From Terracidiphilus sp. (lineage in GTDB: Bacteria; Acidobacteriota; Terriglobia; Terriglobales; Acidobacteriaceae), in NCBI GenBank assembly GCA_049509995.1, contig JBEKZJ010000030.1:12088-76087 (forward strand): a DNA stretch of 64,000 nt, written 5' to 3'. A program made the translations under genes and the position numbers. The notes below the pieces were generated by a model. That model was not told the origin of the DNA. It did no database searches and was given only the letters and a program-made list of their open reading frames with translations. Positions within the stretch are counted from its first letter, which is position 1, and each line of letters opens with the position of its first letter. This document shows, in pieces, positions 7,968 through 16,799 of this stretch.

Positions 7968-9650
7968 ATGCTTGTTGAGCTGCGCGCGGAGAACTACGCT
8001 GTGATCGACCACGCCATTGCGGTGTTTGGGCCGGGGCTGAACCTGCTTACGGGGGAGACGGGAGCGGGGAAGTCGATTCTGGTGGATGCGCTGGCCCTGC
8101 TGATGGGCGGCAAGGCGTGGGCGGAGGTGGTGCGGCACGGAGCGGAAAAGGCTGTGGTGGCCTGCGTGTTCGAATCGACGCCGGGAGCGGAGCAGATTCT
8201 GGAAGAGAACGGGATCGATTCGGAAGGAAACGAGATCATCCTGCGGCGGGAGATTCTGGCCACGGGCAAGGGGCGGGTGTTTGTGAACAACCAACCGGCC
8301 ACGGTAGCGGTGCTGAAGCTGCTGGCGCCGGAGTTGGCGCTGGTTCATGCGCAGAGCGAGAGCCTGAGCAGCTTCGACCAGGCGCAGCAACGGATTCTCC
8401 TGGACCGGTTTGGGGGGATTTCAACGGAGGCGGTGGGCGAGGCGTACGCGCGGTGGCGCGAGGCGCGGAAGAAGCTGGACGAGTTGGTCGAGGGCGAGCA
8501 GGACCGGCTGCGGATGGTGGACCTGTGGAACTACCAGCGCAAGGAGATCGAACAGGCGCGACTGGAGGCCGGCGAGGACGAGGCGCTGGAGACGGAGAAG
8601 CGGGTGCTGGCCAACGCGGAGAAGCTGTATGCGGCGGCGATGGGGGCGTTCGAGCAGCTCTATGAGGGCGGGGCTTCGGCGGAGGTTGCGCTGCGGGCCG
8701 CGGTCAGGAATGTGGAGGAGTTGGCGCGATACGACGGTAGATTCAAAGAGGCGGTGCAGCAACTGGAGTCGGCGCGGGCTACGGTGGGGGATGTGGGCGG
8801 GAGTCTGCGGGATTATGCGGAAGGGATCAATGCGTCGCCGGAGCGGCTGGCGGAGATCGAGGACCGGCTGGCGGCGCTGGACCGGCTGAAACGCAAGTAC
8901 GGCAAGACGGTAGCCGAGGTGATGGCGTTTGGCGACGAGGTGGCGCGGAGGCTGGCCGAGGTGGAGGATCGGGACGAGATTCTCCGGCAGTTGAGGTTGG
9001 AGTTGGACACAGCGGCGGCGGGTTATCGGACGGTTGCGAGTGCACTGAGCGGGGAGCGGAAGGCCGCGGCGGGCAAACTGGCCAAGCTGGCTGAGGGGCA
9101 GATCAACTCCCTGGCGATGAAGGTGCGGTTCGAGGTGGCGGTGACGGCGAGCGAACAGCAATCGGGATGGACGGGGAGCGGGTGGGACGAGGTGGAATGC
9201 CGGATTGCGACCAATCCTGGCGAGCCGCTGAAGGCGCTGGACCAGATTGCATCAGGCGGGGAGATGAGCCGCGTGATGCTGGCGTTGAAGGTGAGCGTGG
9301 AAGAGGGCGCAGCAAAGCCGAAGAAGAAGACGGCGACGCCGCGGACGCTGGTGTTCGACGAAATTGATATAGGGATAGGCGGGCGCGCGGCCGAGGCGGT
9401 GGGACACAAGCTTAAGGCTCTGAGCCGCGGGCAGCAGGTGCTGTGCGTGACGCATTTGCCGCAGATTGCGGCGTTCGCCGACCAGCATTTCCTAATCGAC
9501 AAGCGGGAGGCGGACGGGCGGACGAAGATGCAGGTGCGGCTGTTGGACGACCGGGCGCGGACGCACGAAGTGGCGCGGATGCTGAGCGGGGCGAAGGTGA
9601 CGGAGACCAGCTTGCAACATGCGGGGCAGATGATTGCGGGGAGCCGGTGA
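7968..9650 (+). CDS. recN: DNA repair protein RecN
   Basis: Walker A GETGAGKS, a long coiled coil, signature ASGGEMSR and Walker B LVFDEIDIGIGG. ATG 7968 (MLVELRAENYAVI) is preferred over 7932. Confidence 0.9.
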   Translation: MLVELRAENYAVIDHAIAVFGPGLNLLTGETGAGKSILVDALALLMGGKAWAEVVRHGAEKAVVACVFESTPGAEQILEENGIDSEGNEIILRREILATGKGRVFVNNQPATVAVLKLLAPELALVHAQSESLSSFDQAQQRILLDRFGGISTEAVGEAYARWREARKKLDELVEGEQDRLRMVDLWNYQRKEIEQARLEAGEDEALETEKRVLANAEKLYAAAMGAFEQLYEGGASAEVALRAAVRNVEELARYDGRFKEAVQQLESARATVGDVGGSLRDYAEGINASPERLAEIEDRLAALDRLKRKYGKTVAEVMAFGDEVARRLAEVEDRDEILRQLRLELDTAAAGYRTVASALSGERKAAAGKLAKLAEGQINSLAMKVRFEVAVTASEQQSGWTGSGWDEVECRIATNPGEPLKALDQIASGGEMSRVMLALKVSVEEGAAKPKKKTATPRTLVFDEIDIGIGGRAAEAVGHKLKALSRGQQVLCVTHLPQIAAFADQHFLIDKREADGRTKMQVRLLDDRARTHEVARMLSGAKVTETSLQHAGQMIAGSR

Positions 9651-9683
9651 GGGGTTGGGAGCGGGTTCACGCTCCCCCTGAAT

Positions 9684-9717
9684 CCCGGGTCTGAGATGCG
9701 AAGCCTGGGACACCCGG
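9684..9717 (+). repeat. Degenerate H1-type hairpin repeat
   Basis: cccgggtctgagatgcgaagcctgggacacccgg resembles CCCAGGTCTC...GAGACCTGGGCACCC. Lies between convergent recN and the L,D-transpeptidase gene. Confidence 0.3.
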
Positions 9718-9746
9718 ATTTAGTCTCTAAATCAGTCTTCCGCGGC

Positions 9747-10610
9747 TCAGGTTTTTGGCAGCCTGGGCAAGTGCCAGTGCCTTCTCAGCTTTTTGTATTG
9801 CGCCAGCGGCAACTGGACGAGGAGGGGATTTCTGGCTGGATCGAGCCAGGCGAGGATGGGTTCAAGCTGCTCCTGGGGCATGGCGGTGCAGCCGGCGGTG
9901 CCCACTCCGGGCCCACCCCAGATGTGCAGGAAGACGCAGGAGCCGAGGCCGGGAACGATGGGATTGGCGTTGTGATCGACGACAACGCCCCAGCGGTAGG
10001 CCTCGCCGGCTTGCGACATCTGTTCAGAGCTGTACCAGTCTGGCGCGACGGTGGCGCGATCGAGAACGCGGTTGTAGAAGCGGGAAGCACTATCGTCCAC
10101 GCATTCAACGGACGGCGTGAGTTTGATGTAGGGCATTTTCCATCCCGGCTGCGGCTGGGCGGCATAGCCAAAGGCGGTTTTGAGGCGGAAGACGCCGGCC
10201 GGGGATTTGCCGTCGCCCTCTTTCTTCACCGGATCCTGCGGGCTGCGCGTGGAGGGACTGTCGGTTGGAATGAGGCCCGCGCCCCATCCCAGGCCGTTCT
10301 TTCCCACGACAATGGCGACGGGGCTGCCGACTGCTTTCCAGCGCTTGCCCGGCCGGGCGCGTTCGTAGCGTTCCAGTTGGCCGGCGAAGCTGTTCCAGTC
10401 GGTCGTGGTGACGGCGATCATCTGCGTGGAGGAGCGCAGCGGCTGCTCGGCTGGCAATTGGGCGGCGGCTACGGACACCGAACATTGCAACAGCCCCGTC
10501 CAACAGGTGATGGCCAGCAAGGCAATGGGAGTGCGACGAGGATTAAGCGTGATCAACGTGTTGTCTTTCTGCTGTGGGATTGGGAAATGCCTACAGGAGT
10601 TCTGGGTCAC
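9747..10610 (-). CDS. L,D-transpeptidase (YkuD family), secreted
   Basis: Signal peptide and the YkuD catalytic motif HIWGGPGVGTAGCTAM (His ... Gly-Cys). GTG start. Confidence 0.7.
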   Translation of the reverse strand: MTQNSCRHFPIPQQKDNTLITLNPRRTPIALLAITCWTGLLQCSVSVAAAQLPAEQPLRSSTQMIAVTTTDWNSFAGQLERYERARPGKRWKAVGSPVAIVVGKNGLGWGAGLIPTDSPSTRSPQDPVKKEGDGKSPAGVFRLKTAFGYAAQPQPGWKMPYIKLTPSVECVDDSASRFYNRVLDRATVAPDWYSSEQMSQAGEAYRWGVVVDHNANPIVPGLGSCVFLHIWGGPGVGTAGCTAMPQEQLEPILAWLDPARNPLLVQLPLAQYKKLRRHWHLPRLPKT

Positions 10611-10843
10611 TATAAATGAACTCCCTTATGCGGAAGACCGGCCAGCGGGGTGGGGTAAATCCAGGTGGCTCCGCCGAAGGGGCTGTGGCTGGTGAAATCC
10701 GGGACGGGCGGCAGGTAACTGCCCTTGATTTCAGACGCCTCTTGCATCCAGCGCAGGCTGTATTCGATCCGATGCCCCGCATCCGACCAGTGGAGGGCAA
10801 GATGCCCCTTCTCCTCTTGCCATGACGATCCCATAGCAGCCAA
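10610..10843 (-). CDS. Small hypothetical protein upstream of the L,D-transpeptidase gene
   Basis: 77 codons, mostly with G/C at third positions. Its TAG stop overlaps the GTG start of the downstream gene by 1 nt. No recognisable motif. Confidence 0.3.
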   Translation of the reverse strand: MAAMGSSWQEEKGHLALHWSDAGHRIEYSLRWMQEASEIKGSYLPPVPDFTSHSPFGGATWIYPTPLAGLPHKGVHL

Positions 10844-10917
10844 CCTCCGGCGTTATGGCCGAGCCTCATTGACCACTATACCCCGGGTTTTCTTTGCTGT
10901 CCCTTCGATGGGGCGAT

Positions 10918-10926
10918 TGGTATACT
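10918..10926 (+). promoter_or_regulatory. Extended -10 promoter element upstream of ispH
   Basis: TGGTATACT fits TGnTATAAT in 5 of 6 positions. It lies inside the long ORF-track version of ispH, which argues for a downstream start. Confidence 0.3.
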
Positions 10927-11001
10927 CAAAGAGTGACCCCTACTGTGCTCGATTCCATCTCGAACGGTATCCACGTTGAGACTTCCCCCAACCGAAAGAG
11001 G

Positions 11002-11961
11002 GTGTTGTTGCTGAAGCCGCGAGGCTTTTGCGCGGGCGTGGTGCGCGCGATCGACATTGTGAAGATCGCTTTGGAAACCTTTGGCGCGCCGATTTACGTG
11101 CGCCGGGAGATTGTGCATAACCGCTATGTTGTGAATGAATTGGCGGAAAAAGGAGCGATTTTTGTTCATGAAATCGACGATGTGCCGGACGGGCAGAGGG
11201 TGATCTATTCGGCGCACGGGGTTTCCCCGGCAGTGCGGGCGCTGAGCAAGGGGCGGCACCTGAGGGTGATCGACGCGACCTGCCCGCTGGTGACCAAGGT
11301 ACACATCGAAGCGGTGAAGTTTGCCAAACAGGGCTACTCGCTGGTGCTGATTGGGCACCGGGACCACGACGAGATCGAGGGCACGCTGGGCGAGGCGCCG
11401 GAGGTGACCCAGGTGGTTTCGAACGTGGCGGAGGTTGCGGAACTGAAGGTGCCCGACCCGAACCGCGTGGCGTATCTGACGCAGACCACACTGAGCCTGG
11501 ACGAGGCGCGGGACATCATTCATGCGCTGAAGGAGAAGTTTCCGAACATTGCCGGGCCGCATTCGCAGGACATCTGCTACGCGACGGAGAACCGGCAGGT
11601 GGCGGTGCGCAACGTGGCGCACGATGCGGGGCTGGTGCTGGTGGTGGGATCGACGAACAGCTCGAACTCCAATCGGCTGGTGGAGGTTTCGCGGAACCTG
11701 GGGACGATCGGTTATTTGATCGACAACTCGCAGGCCATCGACCCCAAATGGCTGGAGGGCGTGAGTACCGTTGCGGTGACGGCAGGGGCGTCGGCACCCG
11801 AGGTGCTGGTGGAAGACGTGGTCAATTACTTGCGACTAAACGGTTTTGATAGCGTCGAAGAGGTGGAAGTGATGCCGGAAAATGTGCGGTTCGGGCTGCC
11901 GCCGGAGATTGTGCAGGCGATTGGCAGCGCGGGCGGGGCCGGGGCTGTGGCCGTGCGGTGA
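11002..11961 (+). CDS. ispH: 4-hydroxy-3-methylbut-2-enyl diphosphate reductase IspH/LytB
   Basis: The three Cys motifs RGFCAGV, DATCPLVTKVH and ICYATENRQ are present. Start placed at GTG 11002, right after SD AAGAGG; TTG 11005 or 11008 are equally possible. The ORF-track start at 10894 would add 36 residues. Confidence 0.9.
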   Translation: MLLLKPRGFCAGVVRAIDIVKIALETFGAPIYVRREIVHNRYVVNELAEKGAIFVHEIDDVPDGQRVIYSAHGVSPAVRALSKGRHLRVIDATCPLVTKVHIEAVKFAKQGYSLVLIGHRDHDEIEGTLGEAPEVTQVVSNVAEVAELKVPDPNRVAYLTQTTLSLDEARDIIHALKEKFPNIAGPHSQDICYATENRQVAVRNVAHDAGLVLVVGSTNSSNSNRLVEVSRNLGTIGYLIDNSQAIDPKWLEGVSTVAVTAGASAPEVLVEDVVNYLRLNGFDSVEEVEVMPENVRFGLPPEIVQAIGSAGGAGAVAVR

Positions 11962-11967
11962 GAAGGG

Positions 11968-12033
11968 CAGGGATCAGTGGTCAGGGATCAGGGGTCAGCT
12001 AACGGCTAACAGCTAACAAATCAAAGCTAACAG
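11968..12033. repeat. Short-period oligo-repeat array (GGTCAG/GGATCAG, then GCTAAC x4)
   Basis: Sequence is cagggatcagtggtcagggatcaggggtcagctaacggctaacagctaacaaatcaaagctaacag. Lies in the ispH-shc spacer. Confidence 0.6.
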
Positions 12034-12055
12034 ATACTGAGGCGTTTCGAACCGC

Positions 12056-14122
12056 ATGAGCAATCAGCAGGGGAAGAAGCAATCCGCGACGGCCGGAGTG
12101 GCGGCAGTGAAGGCCGCGACACCCAAGGGTGCGGCGCCGCGATTCGGCAGGCTGGACGCGGCCCTGGCGGATGTGGAGTCGGCTATTGTGCGGTCGCGGG
12201 AGTTCCTTCTCTCGCAGCAGCATCCTGAGGGGTATTGGTGTGGGGAGCTGGAGGCGGACTCGATGCTGGAGGCCGACTACATCTTCCTGCACACGCTGCT
12301 GGAGAGCGGCGATCCGGGGCGGCTGAGGCGCGCGCTGACGGAGATGATGCGCTACCAGAACGAGGATGGGAGCTGGAGCATTTATCCGGGCGGGCCGGGG
12401 AATATCTCGCTTTCAGTGAAGTGTTATTCCTCAGCCAAGCTGATGGGGATTGGCGGGGACGATCCCAGGCTGGTGACGTGCCGCGAGTGGGTGCTGGCGC
12501 ACGGCGGCGTGGTGGCGACGAACACCTTTACGAAGATGTATCTGTGCGCGCTGGGCGAGTACGACTACGATGCGGTTCCGGCGATTCCGCCGGAGATTGT
12601 TCTGTTTCCCAACTGGTTTTACTTCAATATCTACGAGATTTCTTCGTGGTCGCGGTCGATTCTTGTGCCGCTGGCGATTATGTATGCCCGGAAGCCATTC
12701 AAGAAGATTGCGCCGGAACAGGGGATCGATGAGTTGTTTGTGGGCGGGCGGGCCAACGCTACGCTGCGGCTGCGGATGGACCGCAAGAAGCTGGTGTCGT
12801 GGCGCAATTTTTTTCTGATTCTGGACAGGATCATGCATTGGGCGGAGGCGGTTCACATCCGGCCGTTGCGCACGTTGGCGTTGCGCAAAGCGGAGAAGTG
12901 GATTTTGGCGCGCCTCGAGATGACGGACGGGCTGGGCGCCATCTATCCGGCGATGTTGAACGCAATCATTGCGCTGCGCTGCCTGGGCTACTCCGAGGAC
13001 GATCCGCAGGTGATTCGCGCGCGGGACGAGTTTGAGAAGCTGGGCATCGAGCAGCCGGCGACGGCAGATGTGCCGGAGCCGACGTTTCGCATGCAGCCCT
13101 GCGCCTCGCCGGTGTGGGACACGGCGCAGGCGGTGTACGTGCTGGGCGAGGCGGGGGTGAAGCGTGACGATCCGCGGATGATCAAGGCGGCGGACTGGCT
13201 GCTGGCCAAGGAGGTGCGGCACAGGGGCGACTGGGCGGTGAAGGCGCCGAACACCGAGCCGGGCGGCTGGTATTTCGAATTCAACAACGAGTTCTATCCC
13301 GACACGGACGACACAGCGCAGGTGCTGCTGGCGCTAACCAAAGTGGAGAATCCCCGCGAAGGCTACCAGCACAAGGTGGTGCAGCGGGCCATCGAGTGGG
13401 AGTTTGCCATGCAGTGCCGCAGCGGCGGCTGGGGCAGCTTCGACAAGAACAACACCAAGATGATCTTCCAGTACATTCCGTTTGCGGATCACAACGCGAT
13501 GCTGGATCCGCCGACGGTGGACATTACGGGAAGAATCCTGGAGACGCTGGCGACCTATGGATATAGCCGCGACGACAAGCGGGTGGAGAAGGCGATCAAG
13601 TTCATCCTGAGCGAGCAGGAGCCGGACGGAAGCTGGTTTGGTCGCTGGGGAGTGAACTATATTTACGGGACATTCCTGGTGCTGCGCGGATTGGAAGCTA
13701 TCGGCATCGACAACCATGAGCCGCAGATTCAGCAGGCGGCGGAGTGGATACGGATGGTACAGAATCCGGACGGCGGCTGGGGCGAGACGTGCGGGAGTTA
13801 CGACGATCCGAATACGCGCGGCGTGGGACCGAGCACGCCTTCGCAGACAGCCTGGGCGCTGCTGGGACTGCTGGCGGCAGGGGACGACCGGTCGGACTCG
13901 ATCGCCAAGGGAGTTCGCTGGCTGCTGACGCGGCAGCAGGCGGGCGGCAGCTGGGATGAGCGGACCGGAGCTGGAATCACACGGCAGGCGCTGTACACTG
14001 GAACAGGCTTCCCCAGGGTTTTTTACCTGTCTTACAACTTGTATCGCCAATACTTCCCGTTGATGGCTTTGACCGGCTACCTTCGGGCAATGGAACGCGC
14101 CTCACTCGGCGCTGGAGGTTAA
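12056..14122 (+). CDS. shc: Squalene-hopene cyclase
   Basis: 688 aa. DxDD catalytic motif (YPDTDDTAQV) and several QW repeats (QNEDGSW, QNPDGGWG, QQAGGSW). Confidence 0.95.
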   Translation: MSNQQGKKQSATAGVAAVKAATPKGAAPRFGRLDAALADVESAIVRSREFLLSQQHPEGYWCGELEADSMLEADYIFLHTLLESGDPGRLRRALTEMMRYQNEDGSWSIYPGGPGNISLSVKCYSSAKLMGIGGDDPRLVTCREWVLAHGGVVATNTFTKMYLCALGEYDYDAVPAIPPEIVLFPNWFYFNIYEISSWSRSILVPLAIMYARKPFKKIAPEQGIDELFVGGRANATLRLRMDRKKLVSWRNFFLILDRIMHWAEAVHIRPLRTLALRKAEKWILARLEMTDGLGAIYPAMLNAIIALRCLGYSEDDPQVIRARDEFEKLGIEQPATADVPEPTFRMQPCASPVWDTAQAVYVLGEAGVKRDDPRMIKAADWLLAKEVRHRGDWAVKAPNTEPGGWYFEFNNEFYPDTDDTAQVLLALTKVENPREGYQHKVVQRAIEWEFAMQCRSGGWGSFDKNNTKMIFQYIPFADHNAMLDPPTVDITGRILETLATYGYSRDDKRVEKAIKFILSEQEPDGSWFGRWGVNYIYGTFLVLRGLEAIGIDNHEPQIQQAAEWIRMVQNPDGGWGETCGSYDDPNTRGVGPSTPSQTAWALLGLLAAGDDRSDSIAKGVRWLLTRQQAGGSWDERTGAGITRQALYTGTGFPRVFYLSYNLYRQYFPLMALTGYLRAMERASLGAGG

Positions 14123-14129
14123 CTCAAAG

Positions 14130-15248
14130 ATGGCTGTTCCTATCTCTCAGATGTGGACGGTTGCCACCTACGTGCTGAAGAAGAAGCTGGCCGGCAACAA
14201 GCGGTATCCGCTGGTGCTGATGCTGGAACCTCTCTTCCGCTGCAACCTGGCATGCGCCGGGTGCGGCAAGGTGCAGTATCCGCCACATATTTTAAGAAAA
14301 CAGCTTTCGCCGAAGGAGTGTTTTGCCGCTGTGGAAGAGTGCGGCGCGCCGATGGTGTCGCTGCCTGGCGGCGAGCCGCTGCTGCACCCGCAGATTGTGG
14401 AGATCGTCAGCGGGCTGGTGGCGCGGAAGAAGTACGTTTACCTGTGCACGAACGCTCTCGAGTTGAAGCGGCGGCTGCCGGAGTTTACGCCGTCAAAGTA
14501 CCTGACCTTTTCCGTTCACCTGGATGGGCAGCGCGAGCACCACGATTTCTCAGTTTGCCGCGAGGGCGGGTACGACATTGCGGTGGAGGGGATCAAGGAG
14601 GCGGTGAAGCGGGGGTTCCGGGTGACCACCAACGCGACCTTCTTCGACGGCACCGACCCGAACAGCGTCCGCGCTTTCTTTGACGAAGTGATGGACATGG
14701 GCGTGGAGGGGATCGTGCTTTCGCCCGGGTACAGCTACGACAAGGCGCCGGATCAGAATCGATTCATGGGACGGGCGCGGGTGCGGCGGCTGTTCCGCGC
14801 GATTTTGTCGAATCGCAAGCCGACGTGGAAGTTCAATATGTCTCCTTTGTTTCTTGAGTTTTTGATGGGCGACCGGAAGTATGAATGTACGCCGTGGGGA
14901 TCGCCGGCGTATAACATCTTCGGCTGGCAGAGACCGTGTTACCTGCTGCAGGATGGTTATACGGAGACTTACAAGGAGCTGATCGAGACCACTAAGTGGG
15001 AAGAGTACGGCGTGGCCAGCGGGAACCCGAAGTGCGCCAACTGCATGGTGAGTTGCGGTTATGAGCCAACGGCGGTGATTGAAGGGTTCACCTCGCTGAA
15101 GGGATTCTGGGGGATAGTGCGCGGGACGTTCAGCCTGTATCGCGATGAGCACGCGCTGAAGCTGCTGAATGAGGCGGCGCCGCATGGGCCTGTTTCTCTG
15201 GTGCAGATTGAGAAGCCTGCGCGCGTGCTCGAGGAGACCAACGCATGA
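14130..15248 (+). CDS. hpnH: Adenosyl-hopene transferase HpnH (radical SAM)
   Basis: Radical-SAM motif CNLACAGCGK near the N-terminus; length and context fit HpnH. Starts 7 nt after shc. Confidence 0.9.
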   Translation: MAVPISQMWTVATYVLKKKLAGNKRYPLVLMLEPLFRCNLACAGCGKVQYPPHILRKQLSPKECFAAVEECGAPMVSLPGGEPLLHPQIVEIVSGLVARKKYVYLCTNALELKRRLPEFTPSKYLTFSVHLDGQREHHDFSVCREGGYDIAVEGIKEAVKRGFRVTTNATFFDGTDPNSVRAFFDEVMDMGVEGIVLSPGYSYDKAPDQNRFMGRARVRRLFRAILSNRKPTWKFNMSPLFLEFLMGDRKYECTPWGSPAYNIFGWQRPCYLLQDGYTETYKELIETTKWEEYGVASGNPKCANCMVSCGYEPTAVIEGFTSLKGFWGIVRGTFSLYRDEHALKLLNEAAPHGPVSLVQIEKPARVLEETNA

Positions 15249-15670
15249 CGGCCGAAGTGCTGAAGTACACGCTGGAGCAGGTGGAGGCGCTGGAGCTGGC
15301 TCCGGGCGCGGAGCATGAACAGCTTGAAGGATGGGTGCCCGCGCTGGCCGACGAGGACGACTTGCGGCAGGCTCTGGAAAAGGCGTTCGACTATCGCGGG
15401 GACGTGACGCTGACGCTGAAGAGCGGGGAGCGGATCGAGGCCTTCATCTTCAATCGGCATACGGGAGCGACGCTGGCCGATTCCTATGTGCAGTACTTCA
15501 CGCCGAGCGCGCCGGAGAAGCGCAAGGTGAGTTACGCGGAGATTGCGCGGCTTGCGTTCGGCAAGGATCGGGCGGCGGGCAAGCACTGGGAAGATTGGGT
15601 GAAGAAGTACAACGAGCGCAAGGCGGCGGGCGAGCAGGGGATTGCGCTGCATCCGGAAGCGCTGGATTAG
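15245..15670 (+). CDS. Hypothetical soluble protein translationally coupled to hpnH
   Basis: 141 aa with no TM segment; acidic N-terminal half and basic C-terminus. ATGA overlap with the hpnH stop. Third positions are G/C-rich. Confidence 0.6.
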   Translation: MTAEVLKYTLEQVEALELAPGAEHEQLEGWVPALADEDDLRQALEKAFDYRGDVTLTLKSGERIEAFIFNRHTGATLADSYVQYFTPSAPEKRKVSYAEIARLAFGKDRAAGKHWEDWVKKYNERKAAGEQGIALHPEALD

Positions 15671-15756
15671 CAGGACAGCGGGCTAGCGAAGTTAGCCGCG
15701 CATCGCGCGTGATAGCGGAGTTAGCATCGAGTTGACACGCTGACTCTGCTTTTTTG

Positions 15757-15798
15757 GCTAACACCGCTAACGACGCTAACCCCGCTAACAACGCTTAC
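15757..15798 (+). repeat. Five GCTAAC-type hexamers at exact 9-nt spacing upstream of hpnA
   Basis: GCTAAC at 15757, 15766, 15775 and 15784, then GCTTAC at 15793. The array ends 12 nt before the hpnA ATG. Confidence 0.7.
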
Positions 15799-15809
15799 AC
15801 GGTTCGATC

Positions 15810-16799
15810 ATGAAAGTCTTCCTTACAGGCGCGACGGGATTTGTGGGGCACCATGTGGCGCGGGCGCTGGCGGCCGAGGGCGCGGAGCTGCGGCTGCTGG
15901 TGCGCAAGACCAGCAACCTGAAGAATCTGGAAGGCATTCGCGGCGAGACGCACGTCGGGGATTTGAGCGAGCCGGAATCGCTCAGGCCGGCGCTTGCGGG
16001 TTGCGACGCCGTAGTTCATGTGGCTGCGGACTACCGGCTGTGGATTCGCGATCCGAAGGCGATGTACCGCACGAATGTGGATGGGACGCGGGAGTTGCTG
16101 CGGTTAGCACGCGAGGCTGAGGTGCCACGGTTTGTGTATACCTCCAGCGTGGCGACGATGCACTTCAGGACCGATGGGCTGGTTATCAATGAGGACACGC
16201 CGGTTTCGCTCAAAGACATGGTGGGGCATTACAAGCGGTCGAAGTTTCTGGCCGAGCGGGAAGCGGTTGCCGCAGCGGAGGGTGGGCAGAAGGTCATCAT
16301 TCTGAATCCCACGACGCCGATCGGGCCGAACGATGCGAAGCCCACGCCGACGGGGCGGATCTTTGTGGACTTTTTGAACCGGAAGTTTCCGGCTTACATG
16401 GACACGGGGCTGAACCTGGTGGATGTGGCGGAGGTGGCGCGCACGCACGCGGCGGCGCTGACGGTGGGGACGCCGGGCAAGCGGTACATTCTGGGCGGGG
16501 AAAACCTGACTCTGAAGCAGATCCTGGACAAGATGTCGGCGATTACCGGGATTCCTTCGCCGACGGTGAAGATTCCGTTTGCGGTCGCGGCTACGTATGC
16601 GTTTTTCGAGGAGTGGATTACGGGGCGGATGCGAGGACGCGAGCCGAGAGCGACGCTCGAAGAGGTGCGGATGGGGCGGAAGAAGATGTACGCCTCGAGC
16701 GCCCACGCGCAGCAGGAACTGGGGTTCAGGATTATGCCGATTTATCCGGCGATGCGGGCAGCGATCGAATGGTTCCGGGCGCATGGGTACGCGCCTTGA
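15810..16799 (+). CDS. hpnA: Hopanoid-associated sugar epimerase/dehydratase-family protein HpnA
   Basis: NAD-binding GATGFVGHHV and catalytic YKRSK (YxxxK). N-terminus closely resembles the HpnA family. Confidence 0.85.
   Translation: MKVFLTGATGFVGHHVARALAAEGAELRLLVRKTSNLKNLEGIRGETHVGDLSEPESLRPALAGCDAVVHVAADYRLWIRDPKAMYRTNVDGTRELLRLAREAEVPRFVYTSSVATMHFRTDGLVINEDTPVSLKDMVGHYKRSKFLAEREAVAAAEGGQKVIILNPTTPIGPNDAKPTPTGRIFVDFLNRKFPAYMDTGLNLVDVAEVARTHAAALTVGTPGKRYILGGENLTLKQILDKMSAITGIPSPTVKIPFAVAATYAFFEEWITGRMRGREPRATLEEVRMGRKKMYASSAHAQQELGFRIMPIYPAMRAAIEWFRAHGYAP

Noticed and set aside
11968-12033. The oligo-repeat arrays considered as a CRISPR array
   Set aside because: The units are 6-9 nt with no unique spacers of 25-40 nt. 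No cas genes are in the window.
15732-15762. TTGACA at 15732-15737, considered as the -35 box of an hpnA promoter
   Set aside because: The sequence 17-18 nt downstream (TGGCTA/GGCTAA) is a poor -10 match, so I could not support a promoter call.
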